62,366 nucleotides of DNA from a virus (IMGVR_UViG_3300020583_000001:1-62366); one strand, 5' to 3'; positions 36,674 to 45,785 are shown, counted from the stretch's first letter. The notes: generated by a model from the sequence alone, not told the origin. Translations and numbers: made by a program.

Positions 36674-37174
36674 TTAGTCAACTCTCGGCCCTTTGGCGTT
36701 GAGCTTCTTTACTTGAGAATGTATCGCATCACGATATTCGTGATCTGCTTCTGAAAGTCTAGTGCCTCTACCATGCGGCGTAGTGTCGATGTGTTCTTGG
36801 AGTTCCATTAACAATTTTGCTTGCGCTGACTTCAGCAGGAACCACGGCAAGCAATTGTGTAGAATCCAGCAAGCTCGTTGCGCCGTACAACTCCAAGCGT
36901 AAGAGGTCTTCCAGTTGGGATTGTCAAAGGTACGCGGAACAATGTGTCCACCGAATGTCTCTTGCAACCACAATGGAAGAATTTCGTTCGTGTTAATTAC
37001 CACGATCCGCACTTGAACCTTACGAGTCTTCTTGTAAGGGTTGATCTGAATGCAACCTTCACCGTCGATGAAAGCTGCCATCCGCACCCAGTCATAGACC
37101 GTAGGTTTTAGGCCATGGAACTCCTCGGCCTTCCACTGACCACGCTTACCTGCCGACTTGTAAATGTCACTCAT
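36674..37174 (-). CDS. Free-standing LAGLIDADG homing endonuclease
   Basis: MAAFIDGEGCI motif; LQETFGG and LPWFLLKSAQA. Confidence 0.9.
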   Translation of the reverse strand: MSDIYKSAGKRGQWKAEEFHGLKPTVYDWVRMAAFIDGEGCIQINPYKKTRKVQVRIVVINTNEILPLWLQETFGGHIVPRTFDNPNWKTSYAWSCTAQRACWILHNCLPWFLLKSAQAKLLMELQEHIDTTPHGRGTRLSEADHEYRDAIHSQVKKLNAKGPRVD

Positions 37175-37998
37175 GCGTTGCCCGTCATATCGGGATGTGC
37201 TGCCAGAACTTTGTTGATGCGCGAATTAACCTTTTCCGAGTCCGAACGGTTCCACGGAATCTGAGCGTCGGACGCGGATGGAACTTTGCCGGTGAACGGA
37301 TTCGAGGATAGAGCGCCGAAGCCGAGGGCTGGATTGACTGCCGAGGCCGGATGTTCCTGCTTCCACTTGGCTACGGCAGCATCAGCGATCTGCTTCTCGT
37401 AGGCCGCTTTTTCAGTAGCGGCACGTTCCGAGCGCTTCTGATCCACGTTGAACTTGGTCTTCCAGTAGGATTCCACGTCTTGGTTCGCCGCTGCCGCTTC
37501 GGCCTTCAGCGTGCGCCATGAAACAGGGGGAAGGCCGAGAGCGGTGTGTTCCTGTGCGAGGTCGGCGACCAGGGTGATGGAGTCGGCGGCTTTGATAGCG
37601 AGTTCGTTGAACTGCTCGCGGGGGACAAACTTCGTAGGATCGAAATTCACTTCGCCTCTCTTTGCTGCCTCCTCAGCTGCTTTCTTGGCAGCATCATCCT
37701 GCGCGGCCACTTCGATGAGGCCCGCTTCCTGCAACGCCTTCAGGCGAGCGCGTTCTCCGGTCAGGGTAGCTTCACTGACTTTGAGCTTGGATTCTACTTC
37801 GGAGACGTAGGGGAGGGCTTGCTCGTTGTACCATTTCTGGTAGGACTCGGCCTGTTGCTTTGCCTTAATCTCAGACTCCTTGGCGGCAGCGAGATCGGCT
37901 TGCTGCTTGGCAAACACTTTCTCGGCGAGTGGAGTCGCCAGAACTTTAATGTCATCTTCAGTCGCGCCGTTAGATTTCAGGTACTCAGCGTAAGTCAT
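37171..37998 (-). CDS. Capsid scaffolding protein
   Basis: Charged coiled-coil protein between portal and major capsid. Confidence 0.7.
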   Translation of the reverse strand: MTYAEYLKSNGATEDDIKVLATPLAEKVFAKQQADLAAAKESEIKAKQQAESYQKWYNEQALPYVSEVESKLKVSEATLTGERARLKALQEAGLIEVAAQDDAAKKAAEEAAKRGEVNFDPTKFVPREQFNELAIKAADSITLVADLAQEHTALGLPPVSWRTLKAEAAAANQDVESYWKTKFNVDQKRSERAATEKAAYEKQIADAAVAKWKQEHPASAVNPALGFGALSSNPFTGKVPSASDAQIPWNRSDSEKVNSRINKVLAAHPDMTGNA

Positions 37999-38010
37999 GG
38001 TGTCTCCTTG

Positions 38011-38400
38011 TTACGGTTTCGGTGCCACGGGCGGCGTCGGTGGAACTGGAGCCGGTGATGGCGCAGGCGTCGGCACGGGATTGGTTTTCGGTACATTCCC
38101 CTTGACCACGCCCATCGCCAACTGCACCTGCTTGACGGCTTCGGCGATATAGGTGGAAGTTTCAGGGAAGCGCTTGGCAATCGCCCGCAAGCTGCCCATT
38201 GCGCCAGCGAAGGTATGGATCGCAGAGGTAAGATTCTCCGACTTCTCGCTGAGCGCGGCGTTTGCGGCAACAGCGTTATCGAGCGCCTTGAGCTCGGCGT
38301 TGGCAGCGGAGCAGAAAGCGTCGTTGGCCAGCAAAGGTTGAAGATCAGCGGCACTGGTGCCTGCGTTCGCGGATACTAAAGATTGCACAGTGGTTGGCAT
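38011..38400 (-). CDS. Hypothetical head-region protein
   Basis: AAGGAG RBS; helical with a Pro-rich tail. Confidence 0.7.
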   Translation of the reverse strand: MPTTVQSLVSANAGTSAADLQPLLANDAFCSAANAELKALDNAVAANAALSEKSENLTSAIHTFAGAMGSLRAIAKRFPETSTYIAEAVKQVQLAMGVVKGNVPKTNPVPTPAPSPAPVPPTPPVAPKP

Positions 38401-38411
38401 ATAAATTCTCC

Positions 38412-38690
38412 TTAACCGTTCGTCGGTGGCGCGGCGGGCTCGCTTGGTTGCGCCCCTTTCATCATCGCCATTTGAACTTCGCGCATTAAATTATTGATTT
38501 CTGAGATAGGTTTCGACGCTGCCGGGAATGCCTGCGCGATGTTGCGTAATCCCTGCACCACTTGAATCACCATCTTCGATCCCTGCTCCAGCTTGGGATT
38601 CGGAGCGGGAGATGACGGGGATGCCGAGGGAGTGGTGGGTGCCTGCGCTCCGCCGGGAGGTGGTGGCATCGTGGGTGAGGCTGCGGCCAT
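38412..38690 (-). CDS. Hypothetical head-region protein
   Basis: Pro-rich ends; helical core similar to 38011-38400. Confidence 0.7.
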   Translation of the reverse strand: MAAASPTMPPPPGGAQAPTTPSASPSSPAPNPKLEQGSKMVIQVVQGLRNIAQAFPAASKPISEINNLMREVQMAMMKGAQPSEPAAPPTNG

Positions 38691-38691
38691 A

Positions 38692-38895
38692 TTAAACTTT
38701 GGCCCTCGCCATCTTGCGTGCCTTGCCCTTGCCCAGCATCGAACCGCGCAGTCCCTTGCCGCCGGACTTGCCGAACGGTTTCTTCTGGCTCGACTTGGTG
38801 CTGCTCATGCCGTGATCCTGCATGTCGGTCTTGAGGGAGAAGCCATGTCCACCCTTGCCGCCCATGCGAGCTCCGGTTGATCGTCCGTATGCCAT
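38692..38895 (-). CDS. Small Lys/Gly-rich basic protein
   Basis: GGAGG RBS; very basic, low complexity. Confidence 0.7.
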   Translation of the reverse strand: MAYGRSTGARMGGKGGHGFSLKTDMQDHGMSSTKSSQKKPFGKSGGKGLRGSMLGKGKARKMARAKV

Positions 38896-38910
38896 CTGGA
38901 ATCCTCCGCG

Positions 38911-38950
38911 TAAAAGAGGGGACGGTTCTTCCTGTCAGGAGCCGTCCCTT
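38911..38950 (-). terminator. Terminator-like hairpin
   Basis: GGGACGG...CCGTCCC stem with inner TCCT-GAC-AGGA, followed by CTCTTTTA. Confidence 0.55.
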
Positions 38951-39012
38951 ACCTCGGTTGATCCGATCTCGGAGACGCGGCATTATCCGCATCGTTTCCG
39001 GGTCGGGGACGC

Positions 39013-39081
39013 TTACTTTTTCTTGCCTCCCTTGTGCCGACGTTTGTTGGCGACAGGGCCGAAGCCAGTCTCGATGCTCAT
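39013..39081 (-). CDS. 22-aa basic micro-peptide MSIETGFGPVANKRRHKGGKKK
   Basis: AAAGGAGG RBS 8 nt upstream of the ATG. Confidence 0.65.
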   Translation of the reverse strand: MSIETGFGPVANKRRHKGGKKK

Positions 39082-39118
39082 AGTGTTGTCCTCCTTTCTA
39101 AGAATGCGATGCAAAATG

Positions 39119-39147
39119 AAAAAGCTCCAGGGAGTGAACCCGGAGCC
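39119..39147 (-). terminator. Intrinsic terminator/attenuator
   Basis: GCTCCGGG-TTCACT-CCCTGGAGC-TTTTT. Confidence 0.75.
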
Positions 39148-39200
39148 CTTTGGTTACGTCTTAACGACGACCTTGGAATCTCTTCGCTAGTGCGAGTGGA

Positions 39201-39229
39201 GCATAATCACGATTCTACTGTCAAGCAAT
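39201..39229 (-). promoter_or_regulatory. Putative sigma70-like promoter for the capsid genes
   Basis: TTGCTT-17 nt-TATGCT; a TTGACA hexamer overlaps the -35. Confidence 0.45.
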
Positions 39230-39237
39230 TTCGTAAA

Positions 39238-39444
39238 TTACGTCAGCGATATCCGCGTGGATTCCTTTACCTGCACATTCGCAATCGTTCCCTGCGACAT
39301 GTTGATTAAGACTTGCCCGGTCATGTGCTCGCCGCAGAGATTGTCAATGATGCCTGCTATCGTCTCTACCGATGGACGGGAGACAGTGAAGGTGCGCTCG
39401 CGGATCAGGTGGTGATGCTCGGTGCGTTGGATGGATGTATTCAC
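39238..39444 (-). CDS. Small YezD/DUF2292-like protein (candidate antiterminator)
   Basis: Helix then TGQVLINMSQGTIANVQVKESTRI three-strand pattern. Confidence 0.5.
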   Translation of the reverse strand: MNTSIQRTEHHHLIRERTFTVSRPSVETIAGIIDNLCGEHMTGQVLINMSQGTIANVQVKESTRISLT

Positions 39445-41510
39445 TGAATATTCTGACCCCCGCCTTCTGATTGAGTAATAGTCGAGGAGCCATCGGAACG
39501 CTGCTTTAGCGCCGGAGCCTGATTGCCGGATGGCGGCCTGCCTTCAGGCCCACTCTTGCCGGGAGCAGGCGCACCGGGCTGCGATGGCATGGCATCGATA
39601 CCGATAGCCTTCATCCGCGCCGCGAACTCTAAGTCTTCTTCCTGCTCCTCGCGCCACTTCTCCATCACGGTGCTACCTTTTATTTGACCGTAATTTGGAA
39701 TATTCCAACTCTCGGCCAGTGTCTGCGAATCTATCTTCACGCCCGCTTTTTTGAGTTGCACAAGTCCCAGCTGCATTTTTAGCTGAGTGATTTCATGCGC
39801 CGAATGCGGTGTCACCATATATTTCAGGTTGCCCGCGAACATCCGCGCCCGCTTGATCTGGTCGAAGGCGGATTTCACAGGCGCGTCGGCGGTGCCCGGA
39901 TTCTCTCCCGGCATGTGCGATGGCACAAGTCGAGAAGGATCGTAGTCGAAAGTTTCACGGGTGATATTGTCTTCGCCGATATATTGCATGACGCGGGCGG
40001 TAGGGAGATATTGCAGAATCAGATATTTCGTCTGATCCGCCATCTCACGAATGGGAGGCTCCATCGAACGGGACATGTCCTCGATGATAGGGCCTAGAGC
40101 TTCCAGTAATTTCTCCAAGTCGTCGCCTGCCATGCGGGCTTTGGCGAGTGCGAGTGCATCTTTGATCGCGTGCTGCGAGTCCATCGAAGTCTGGAGGTAT
40201 TCGAGCCACTGGAAGTCGGTGGCATCGAGTTTGATGACCTCGGGAGGGATTGGCATCTGAAATGGCTTGTCAACTTGGGAGCCGTCGTAGCCGCAGCGAG
40301 CGCGGGGCTGCATCGGGTCGAATGCTTTGGCCTCGCGGCTGGAAACGGAATTGATGTCGTAGGCCAGCGGCATGTCAAGCTGCACTCGCTTTTTGTCTGC
40401 CATGCCACGCTCTTGTTCCGTAATCGTCTGTTGGAGGTCGTAGCCATCGCGCACCATCGAGAATCCCAGAGGCTCCCACGGCCAGTGATCGGTAGAGAAC
40501 GGGATGAGGTCCGAGCGTCCATGCCAGTTGAAAGAGGGGCCGTCGTAGATGATGACGCCCTCGCTACTGATGATGAGACGGCGATAAGGATATAGCCGAG
40601 CGTCATTATCGTCGGCCTTGCGCATTCCACCATTGCCGTCGGGGATCTCCATGCCGATGAATGGAACTTCGTAGTACCACGTCGAGCCAAACTCGCCCAT
40701 TGGGATCATCTGCTGGGTGGTGTTACGGGTGAGGTCGATGATCGTGGTGTAGCGGATCGGGATCATCAGGTCGGGCATGTTACTGGGACCACTGGAGGTG
40801 GATTTGCCAAAGACGCGCTTCCAGATGTTGCCCTGCGCGGATTTGCGGATTTCGTTCGAGTACCAGTAGAGAGATGAGGTCGGCTTCAGAAGATGCTGCT
40901 TCGTGGGGAACAGCGCGTGCGCCATGAAGATCGGCATCTCGTCCAGCAGGGTCATGGCATAGGCTTTTTGAAAATTACCTGACGGAGGCAACTGAGTCGG
41001 TAACACACAGGGAGCGCCATAGCTAAGAAGCTGGATAGAACCTTCCCCGCTAACCAGATCGCGGGAGTAAATCGGACGTATCCATCCAGTGCATGTGGCT
41101 GCGGCATATTGCAATGCCTCCTTGATCGAGCGGTCAAAGTCGTTCTCCAGAAAGATGGCGCGGGTCAGGAGGTTCATTTGATTGGCCTGCGCCGCGAAGG
41201 CGGGATTGTTTGAAGAGTAGCCCCACAGTGGGCGGAGTTTAGAAAGGACGCCGACAATCTCTCTAATATTCCGCTTCAGGTGATTAGTGTTGAGTTGCGA
41301 GCGGTATTGGGGAATATCCGCCGACATGATCTTGCCGGAGATCACGTCAAGGGATTTGCGCCAGTCGGAGGTACCGCGCTGCGTCTTGAGCCATGCGGTC
41401 CCAGTCTCCTGACATTCTTGAATCCAACCGAGCTTGATGTCGTCCTTGGAGGCAGCAGGAGGGGCTTGCCACTGGCGATAGGGTACGTCGTAGCCGTCGT
41501 CACCGGGCAT
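39441..41510 (-). CDS. Portal protein
   Basis: 689 aa after TerL; P22/T7-like portal layout with a disordered Pro/Gly/Gln tail. Confidence 0.85.
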   Translation of the reverse strand: MPGDDGYDVPYRQWQAPPAASKDDIKLGWIQECQETGTAWLKTQRGTSDWRKSLDVISGKIMSADIPQYRSQLNTNHLKRNIREIVGVLSKLRPLWGYSSNNPAFAAQANQMNLLTRAIFLENDFDRSIKEALQYAAATCTGWIRPIYSRDLVSGEGSIQLLSYGAPCVLPTQLPPSGNFQKAYAMTLLDEMPIFMAHALFPTKQHLLKPTSSLYWYSNEIRKSAQGNIWKRVFGKSTSSGPSNMPDLMIPIRYTTIIDLTRNTTQQMIPMGEFGSTWYYEVPFIGMEIPDGNGGMRKADDNDARLYPYRRLIISSEGVIIYDGPSFNWHGRSDLIPFSTDHWPWEPLGFSMVRDGYDLQQTITEQERGMADKKRVQLDMPLAYDINSVSSREAKAFDPMQPRARCGYDGSQVDKPFQMPIPPEVIKLDATDFQWLEYLQTSMDSQHAIKDALALAKARMAGDDLEKLLEALGPIIEDMSRSMEPPIREMADQTKYLILQYLPTARVMQYIGEDNITRETFDYDPSRLVPSHMPGENPGTADAPVKSAFDQIKRARMFAGNLKYMVTPHSAHEITQLKMQLGLVQLKKAGVKIDSQTLAESWNIPNYGQIKGSTVMEKWREEQEEDLEFAARMKAIGIDAMPSQPGAPAPGKSGPEGRPPSGNQAPALKQRSDGSSTITQSEGGGQNIQ

Positions 41511-41730
41511 TGACAGTGCGCCTCCCGCAGATTTCCTCGTACATGATGATTCCGTTTACCGGATCGACGTGGCCAATGAGAGTGAGACGTTCGAGCACTC
41601 TCCGTCCTTCGGTAGCATACACATTACCATGTTCGTCTTCTACTTCCTCACTCAGTTCAATGATCGGCGGTGCTTCTTCGTAGTCGCAGAGGGAGATTCC
41701 GCCGGAGGAGAAGACGAAGCAGAGTCTCAC
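41500..41730 (-). CDS. Hypothetical protein
   Basis: Coupled ORF in the operon. Confidence 0.65.
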   Translation of the reverse strand: MRLCFVFSSGGISLCDYEEAPPIIELSEEVEDEHGNVYATEGRRVLERLTLIGHVDPVNGIIMYEEICGRRTVNAR

Positions 41731-42152
41731 AAAGATTCACCGAGAGTTTCTTCCACGTTGCGGGCACGATCATTCTCTCTTAATTCGAGGTAAGCCCGGT
41801 CACAGATGAACCGCGAGCGATATTTGGCACGCTTCTCCTCTTTCAACTGGATATAGGCGCGGATGAACTCGCGCTCGTACTCGGAGGTGCAGGATGATCG
41901 CAGGGTGGCGTGGAGAGAGTCGATCACCCACTTGCGTGATGCCGCCCAGGTTTGTTCGTCGTGCTCCCACTCCGCGTGCTGGCGCTCGTAGGTCTGCTGC
42001 TGCAATCGCTTCTGTAAGGCGTCCACTTCGGCGAGAGTATTCGCTTCGCGGCGGTCATAGCCAGCGGGACAGAAGGTGAAGTAGCATTCGTCGTTCGGAG
42101 GGATTTGGATGTCACCTTGCGCGTTCTCGAAGAAGTAGAGCTTTATCGCCAT
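41727..42152 (-). CDS. Hypothetical protein
   Basis: 141-aa ORF between TerL and portal. Confidence 0.75.
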   Translation of the reverse strand: MAIKLYFFENAQGDIQIPPNDECYFTFCPAGYDRREANTLAEVDALQKRLQQQTYERQHAEWEHDEQTWAASRKWVIDSLHATLRSSCTSEYEREFIRAYIQLKEEKRAKYRSRFICDRAYLELRENDRARNVEETLGESL

Positions 42153-44401
42153 CGGTCCAGCTCGGCTGTGGATGAGTAAATGATATCGCTCATAGATATA
42201 GCACGATTCCCGTCACGCTTGGTAGAGAAAACATTCCCGGCGTACTTTTCAACGTTGATCGGCGGCAGGGCTTGCTGGTCGGCGGCACCGAATCGCTTCT
42301 TCGAGCGTTCGGTCATCGACTTGAGATCGTTGACAATGATTTCTGAGATCGCCGCCGCGAATAAGCCGTCGTCGTGCTCGCCTTCCTCGTGCTCCTTCTT
42401 TTCCTTGCCGGAAGCAGTGTAGTGAACCTCGAAGTGTTTGCACTCGTCGATCAGCCACGGGGAGTTGATAACGTACCATCCGTTCTGGACGGAGTGAACA
42501 AAGGAATCGACGAGTATGGGACGCGACCAGACGTTGGTATACCAGCCGATCTTCTTCGACTTCTGCTTCTTAAGATCTTTTCCGTCGTAGCGGATGAAGG
42601 AGGGGAAGCGGGTGTATCCCATCTTGCGCATCTGCACCTGGGCCACGTCTCCCACCGAGGCGATTTGCTCGACGCCGACGATGGGATTGCGGTGCGGAGT
42701 CGAGTCTTCCATGTAGCGGGAGTAGTAGGCGGCAATGCACATGATGAAGGCGTAAGCTTCTACGTGGGATACATAAGCTGATCGAAACTCGGCAACCTGG
42801 ATATCCGGTTGACCACGGCGGGATGCCGGTGCGGTGACACAGATAACGGTGGAATCTTCTCCCATACCGTTAGAAGTATCGACCCCAATACTGTAGTCGA
42901 TCCCCGGAGCCGGAGGGCAGAACACCATGAGCTTGCCATTCGCATACTCGCGGAATGCATCAGGTTTAGTCTTGAGCGAATTAACATACTGCATGTCGTG
43001 ATGCAGAGGGATGAGTTCCCATCGGTAACTGTCACCTCGATTGGAATTGAAGGTGACGATTTCGCGTTGCCGTGGCTTATCAGAAGTTCCATAGTCGATG
43101 TCCTCCGTTGGCGGCTCATGGTGGTCCTCGATGGACTGGCCGGAGATGCCGAACGCCTGGAATGTCTGCTGGGCTGCGTTCTCGACCTCAACCATCACGT
43201 CATGGCCGAACACCGATTCCTGCGACCGCTGCAAGGCTTCGATGTCATCCCCGGCCATCTCCTGAAACCAGATCCCTTCCATGCCCTTGGCTTTGTGTTC
43301 TTCGTGGCCGACCTCCCAGAACCATTGCTGTTCAAGAGGCATCGTCCATCGCGGGCCTAACTGTTTCGACAGGAGTGGAGTGTTGGCGATGTAGGCTTCG
43401 ACGCGGGCGACGTGCTCTTGCGTATCGGGGAGGCGGTGCTCGTAGAACGCTTCCGGGACGGGCCGCATTTTTAGCCACGCGGGCTTCGGGTAGAGGTCGC
43501 GCCCGATGACCCAGGGGAAGAAGATCGGGCAGAGGCGGCAGGTGCGCGAGGCCCAGTTGGCTTTCGAGTAGTGCCAGGTTTCTGCCCACCAGCCTTCATC
43601 TCCCTCGCCAGTTGATTCCAGGATTCCAAAGATGCTTGGAGATGCGTGTACAGCCTTAAACAGTGAAGCCTCGATTTGTTCCTTTGCGTTTGTAAACGAG
43701 GCGCATTCAGAAAGGTGATAGAGGGTGGGCGTAGAGCCTCGTGCAATTCCAGACATCTGGTTGCCATGCTGCACATACACTCCACTGTTAAGTTGTCCAA
43801 ACGTGAGTTCTCCATTTTCCGTCTCCACACGCGAGGTGTACTGAGGCCGCAACCATATCGGAAGCATGTCGTAGCCCATCAGTAATTTCTTACCCATCAT
43901 CTTCGACTTCTGCCGATCCGCCGAGGCGATGATGGCGTTGACGCCGTTTGAGAAAATGATGCGGAACATTATCAGGAGTTCGACCAACGTGGTCATTCCC
44001 AATTGTCTTGCTTTCAAAATTTGGATTTCGATTGCAGCGTCTAAATTCTCTAGATCAGAGATCACGTTAAAGAGAATTAGTTGCGCGAGGCGAAAGGTAA
44101 ACCTACGAATCACGCCCTCTTCATCAGTAACGTATCCGTATCGTGTAACGGCATAAGCGTGGTCCGACATCACGAGGAGTTGTTCGTTGAGCATCCACTG
44201 CGCTTCTTCGGCAGTAAGATTCTGTGTGGCAATAGGAAGGCCAGTTTGGCCATAGATATACTTTCCGCCTTTACGCAGACGTTCCTCGAAATCATCAACC
44301 TCCCAGACTTCGTGGTGAGTCAGGCGAATGGGATTACCGAGATCGCGCTGGTAAGATTCAGCGAGTGCTATTCGTCGCTCCACGTGTCTTGTGCAGTAAA
44401 T
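42143..44401 (-). CDS. terL: Terminase large subunit (start ATT 44401 or GTG 44383)
   Basis: Walker A ILKARQLGMTT, Walker B YHLSE, coupling motif ESTG, nuclease IGVDTS...DS and HDD. Confidence 0.95.
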   Translation of the reverse strand: MYCTRHVERRIALAESYQRDLGNPIRLTHHEVWEVDDFEERLRKGGKYIYGQTGLPIATQNLTAEEAQWMLNEQLLVMSDHAYAVTRYGYVTDEEGVIRRFTFRLAQLILFNVISDLENLDAAIEIQILKARQLGMTTLVELLIMFRIIFSNGVNAIIASADRQKSKMMGKKLLMGYDMLPIWLRPQYTSRVETENGELTFGQLNSGVYVQHGNQMSGIARGSTPTLYHLSECASFTNAKEQIEASLFKAVHASPSIFGILESTGEGDEGWWAETWHYSKANWASRTCRLCPIFFPWVIGRDLYPKPAWLKMRPVPEAFYEHRLPDTQEHVARVEAYIANTPLLSKQLGPRWTMPLEQQWFWEVGHEEHKAKGMEGIWFQEMAGDDIEALQRSQESVFGHDVMVEVENAAQQTFQAFGISGQSIEDHHEPPTEDIDYGTSDKPRQREIVTFNSNRGDSYRWELIPLHHDMQYVNSLKTKPDAFREYANGKLMVFCPPAPGIDYSIGVDTSNGMGEDSTVICVTAPASRRGQPDIQVAEFRSAYVSHVEAYAFIMCIAAYYSRYMEDSTPHRNPIVGVEQIASVGDVAQVQMRKMGYTRFPSFIRYDGKDLKKQKSKKIGWYTNVWSRPILVDSFVHSVQNGWYVINSPWLIDECKHFEVHYTASGKEKKEHEEGEHDDGLFAAAISEIIVNDLKSMTERSKKRFGAADQQALPPINVEKYAGNVFSTKRDGNRAISMSDIIYSSTAELDRWR

Positions 44402-45069
44402 GAGTCCTCCTCGGATTCCACGTACTCAGATTCGGCAACTCGGCCCATGTCAAGTGGTACTACTTCTTTAGCGTCGGGTAATAACTGCTGCGTCTTTGGC
44501 GTAAGGTTGAAGCGGTTAACAAGGCCACGAATAGTATTCTCTGGCGACGGCGCTACCACGGTCGCAGATTGCGCAGCGGCGTTAGCGTTCGCATTCGCGT
44601 TCACGTTGACGCTGACCTGTGATCCTTTCGGCAGCGGCAGGAATCCCATGTGCTTCATGTTCAGCGTCACATGGTCGATGTCGCCTTCGAGCGCCAACTC
44701 CGAAGACTTGGCAACGATTGCTGGATGGACCGTGGCTGCCTTGATCGACCCCTCGAATTGACTTTTCTCCAGAGCCGCTTGGGAGAGAGCGAAACGGAAT
44801 TGTTCCGAGGTCACCTTAGCCGCCACGCAGAACGCTTCGAGCGAAAGGGTGCGCCGAACAATCGCTGGGAGCATGATGTCGTCGTAGACTTCGATAAAGC
44901 GGCGGGCGGTAATTGAAGAGGAGGAGCGGAGATGTTCGAGGACGGAGGACTTGCCGCCGAAAGCTTTGACGGTGTAAGAGAGGCGAGGGAATTGAGCGAC
45001 TTCGTTCGGATCAACGCCGATGGTTTTGTAGCAGAGGGCGCGAGTTTCGGCGGCGGTTCTCAAGGGCAT
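44368..45069 (-). CDS. terS: Putative terminase small subunit
   Basis: Directly upstream of and overlapping TerL; helical with an acidic tail. Confidence 0.55.
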   Translation of the reverse strand: MPLRTAAETRALCYKTIGVDPNEVAQFPRLSYTVKAFGGKSSVLEHLRSSSSITARRFIEVYDDIMLPAIVRRTLSLEAFCVAAKVTSEQFRFALSQAALEKSQFEGSIKAATVHPAIVAKSSELALEGDIDHVTLNMKHMGFLPLPKGSQVSVNVNANANANAAAQSATVVAPSPENTIRGLVNRFNLTPKTQQLLPDAKEVVPLDMGRVAESEYVESEEDSFTAQDTWSDE

Positions 45070-45079
45070 ACTTACCTGA

Positions 45080-45316
45080 TTACCAGTACAGTTTCTCTAA
45101 AAGATATCGACCTCGGTGACTTCCATTGTGACCAGTGCGACGATCGCAGGTCAGATTAACATCTATTGTCTGCCCACTCTCATCCGTATTAGTCTTGTAG
45201 AACTTTGTGCGACCGCAACGGTTGGCTAATGTGGCCCGCAAGGAAGGTTTAAGAGGCTGAGGCTGATACATCCCTTTGCATAAATCGCACGGATCTTCTG
45301 GTCCACAATAACTCAC
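45080..45316 (-). CDS. Small Cys/His-rich hypothetical protein
   Basis: CxxC and C...GH.G.H motifs; coupled. Confidence 0.65.
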   Translation of the reverse strand: MSYCGPEDPCDLCKGMYQPQPLKPSLRATLANRCGRTKFYKTNTDESGQTIDVNLTCDRRTGHNGSHRGRYLLEKLYW

Positions 45317-45546
45317 AACTCACCTTCCTCGGCGTCGTCCAACTGAGGATGCGCTTCATCATACGCCCGGTTCCAGTCCGCGACCGATGCAACTTCGACC
45401 ACGGCTTTCTTGATGTCGCGGCGGGCAGGGGTGCGCTGGCGTTCGATGGCGACGAGTTGCTGCAAAGAGCCTGCGATAGACTCGGAAGCGCTGACCAGTT
45501 TCTTCAGCCATACAACGCCACGAGCGACTTGCCATGCGAGGATCAT
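45313..45546 (-). CDS. Hypothetical protein
   Basis: Coupled ORF. Confidence 0.65.
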   Translation of the reverse strand: MILAWQVARGVVWLKKLVSASESIAGSLQQLVAIERQRTPARRDIKKAVVEVASVADWNRAYDEAHPQLDDAEEGEL

Positions 45547-45785
45547 AAGGGGTGAGTCCCCTTAGTCAATGAGGGAAAAAGAGACACAATTTTGTTATGG
45601 CATTGAGCACACATTTCTGCTGACCTGGCTGGCATTACTAATATATCGGTTACTTTGTTAATCGGCTGTCGCAGATTAATATCTCGTTGCTCTAGATTGA
45701 GACTAATTTCAACTATCTTCATCAAGAATATTTTTTCTTCATTGGAGATACAACGTCCGCAAGAGTCGCATGTAGTATTTCTCAC
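45543..45785 (-). CDS. Zinc-ribbon-type hypothetical protein
   Basis: CDSCG...EMCAQC; lower GC than its neighbours. Confidence 0.7.
   Translation of the reverse strand: MRNTTCDSCGRCISNEEKIFLMKIVEISLNLEQRDINLRQPINKVTDILVMPARSAEMCAQCHNKIVSLFPSLTKGTHPL

Noticed and set aside
36663-37174. Group I intron around the LAGLIDADG ORF
   Set aside because: Both flanking genes are intact with their own stop and start, and no non-coding space exists for an intron core
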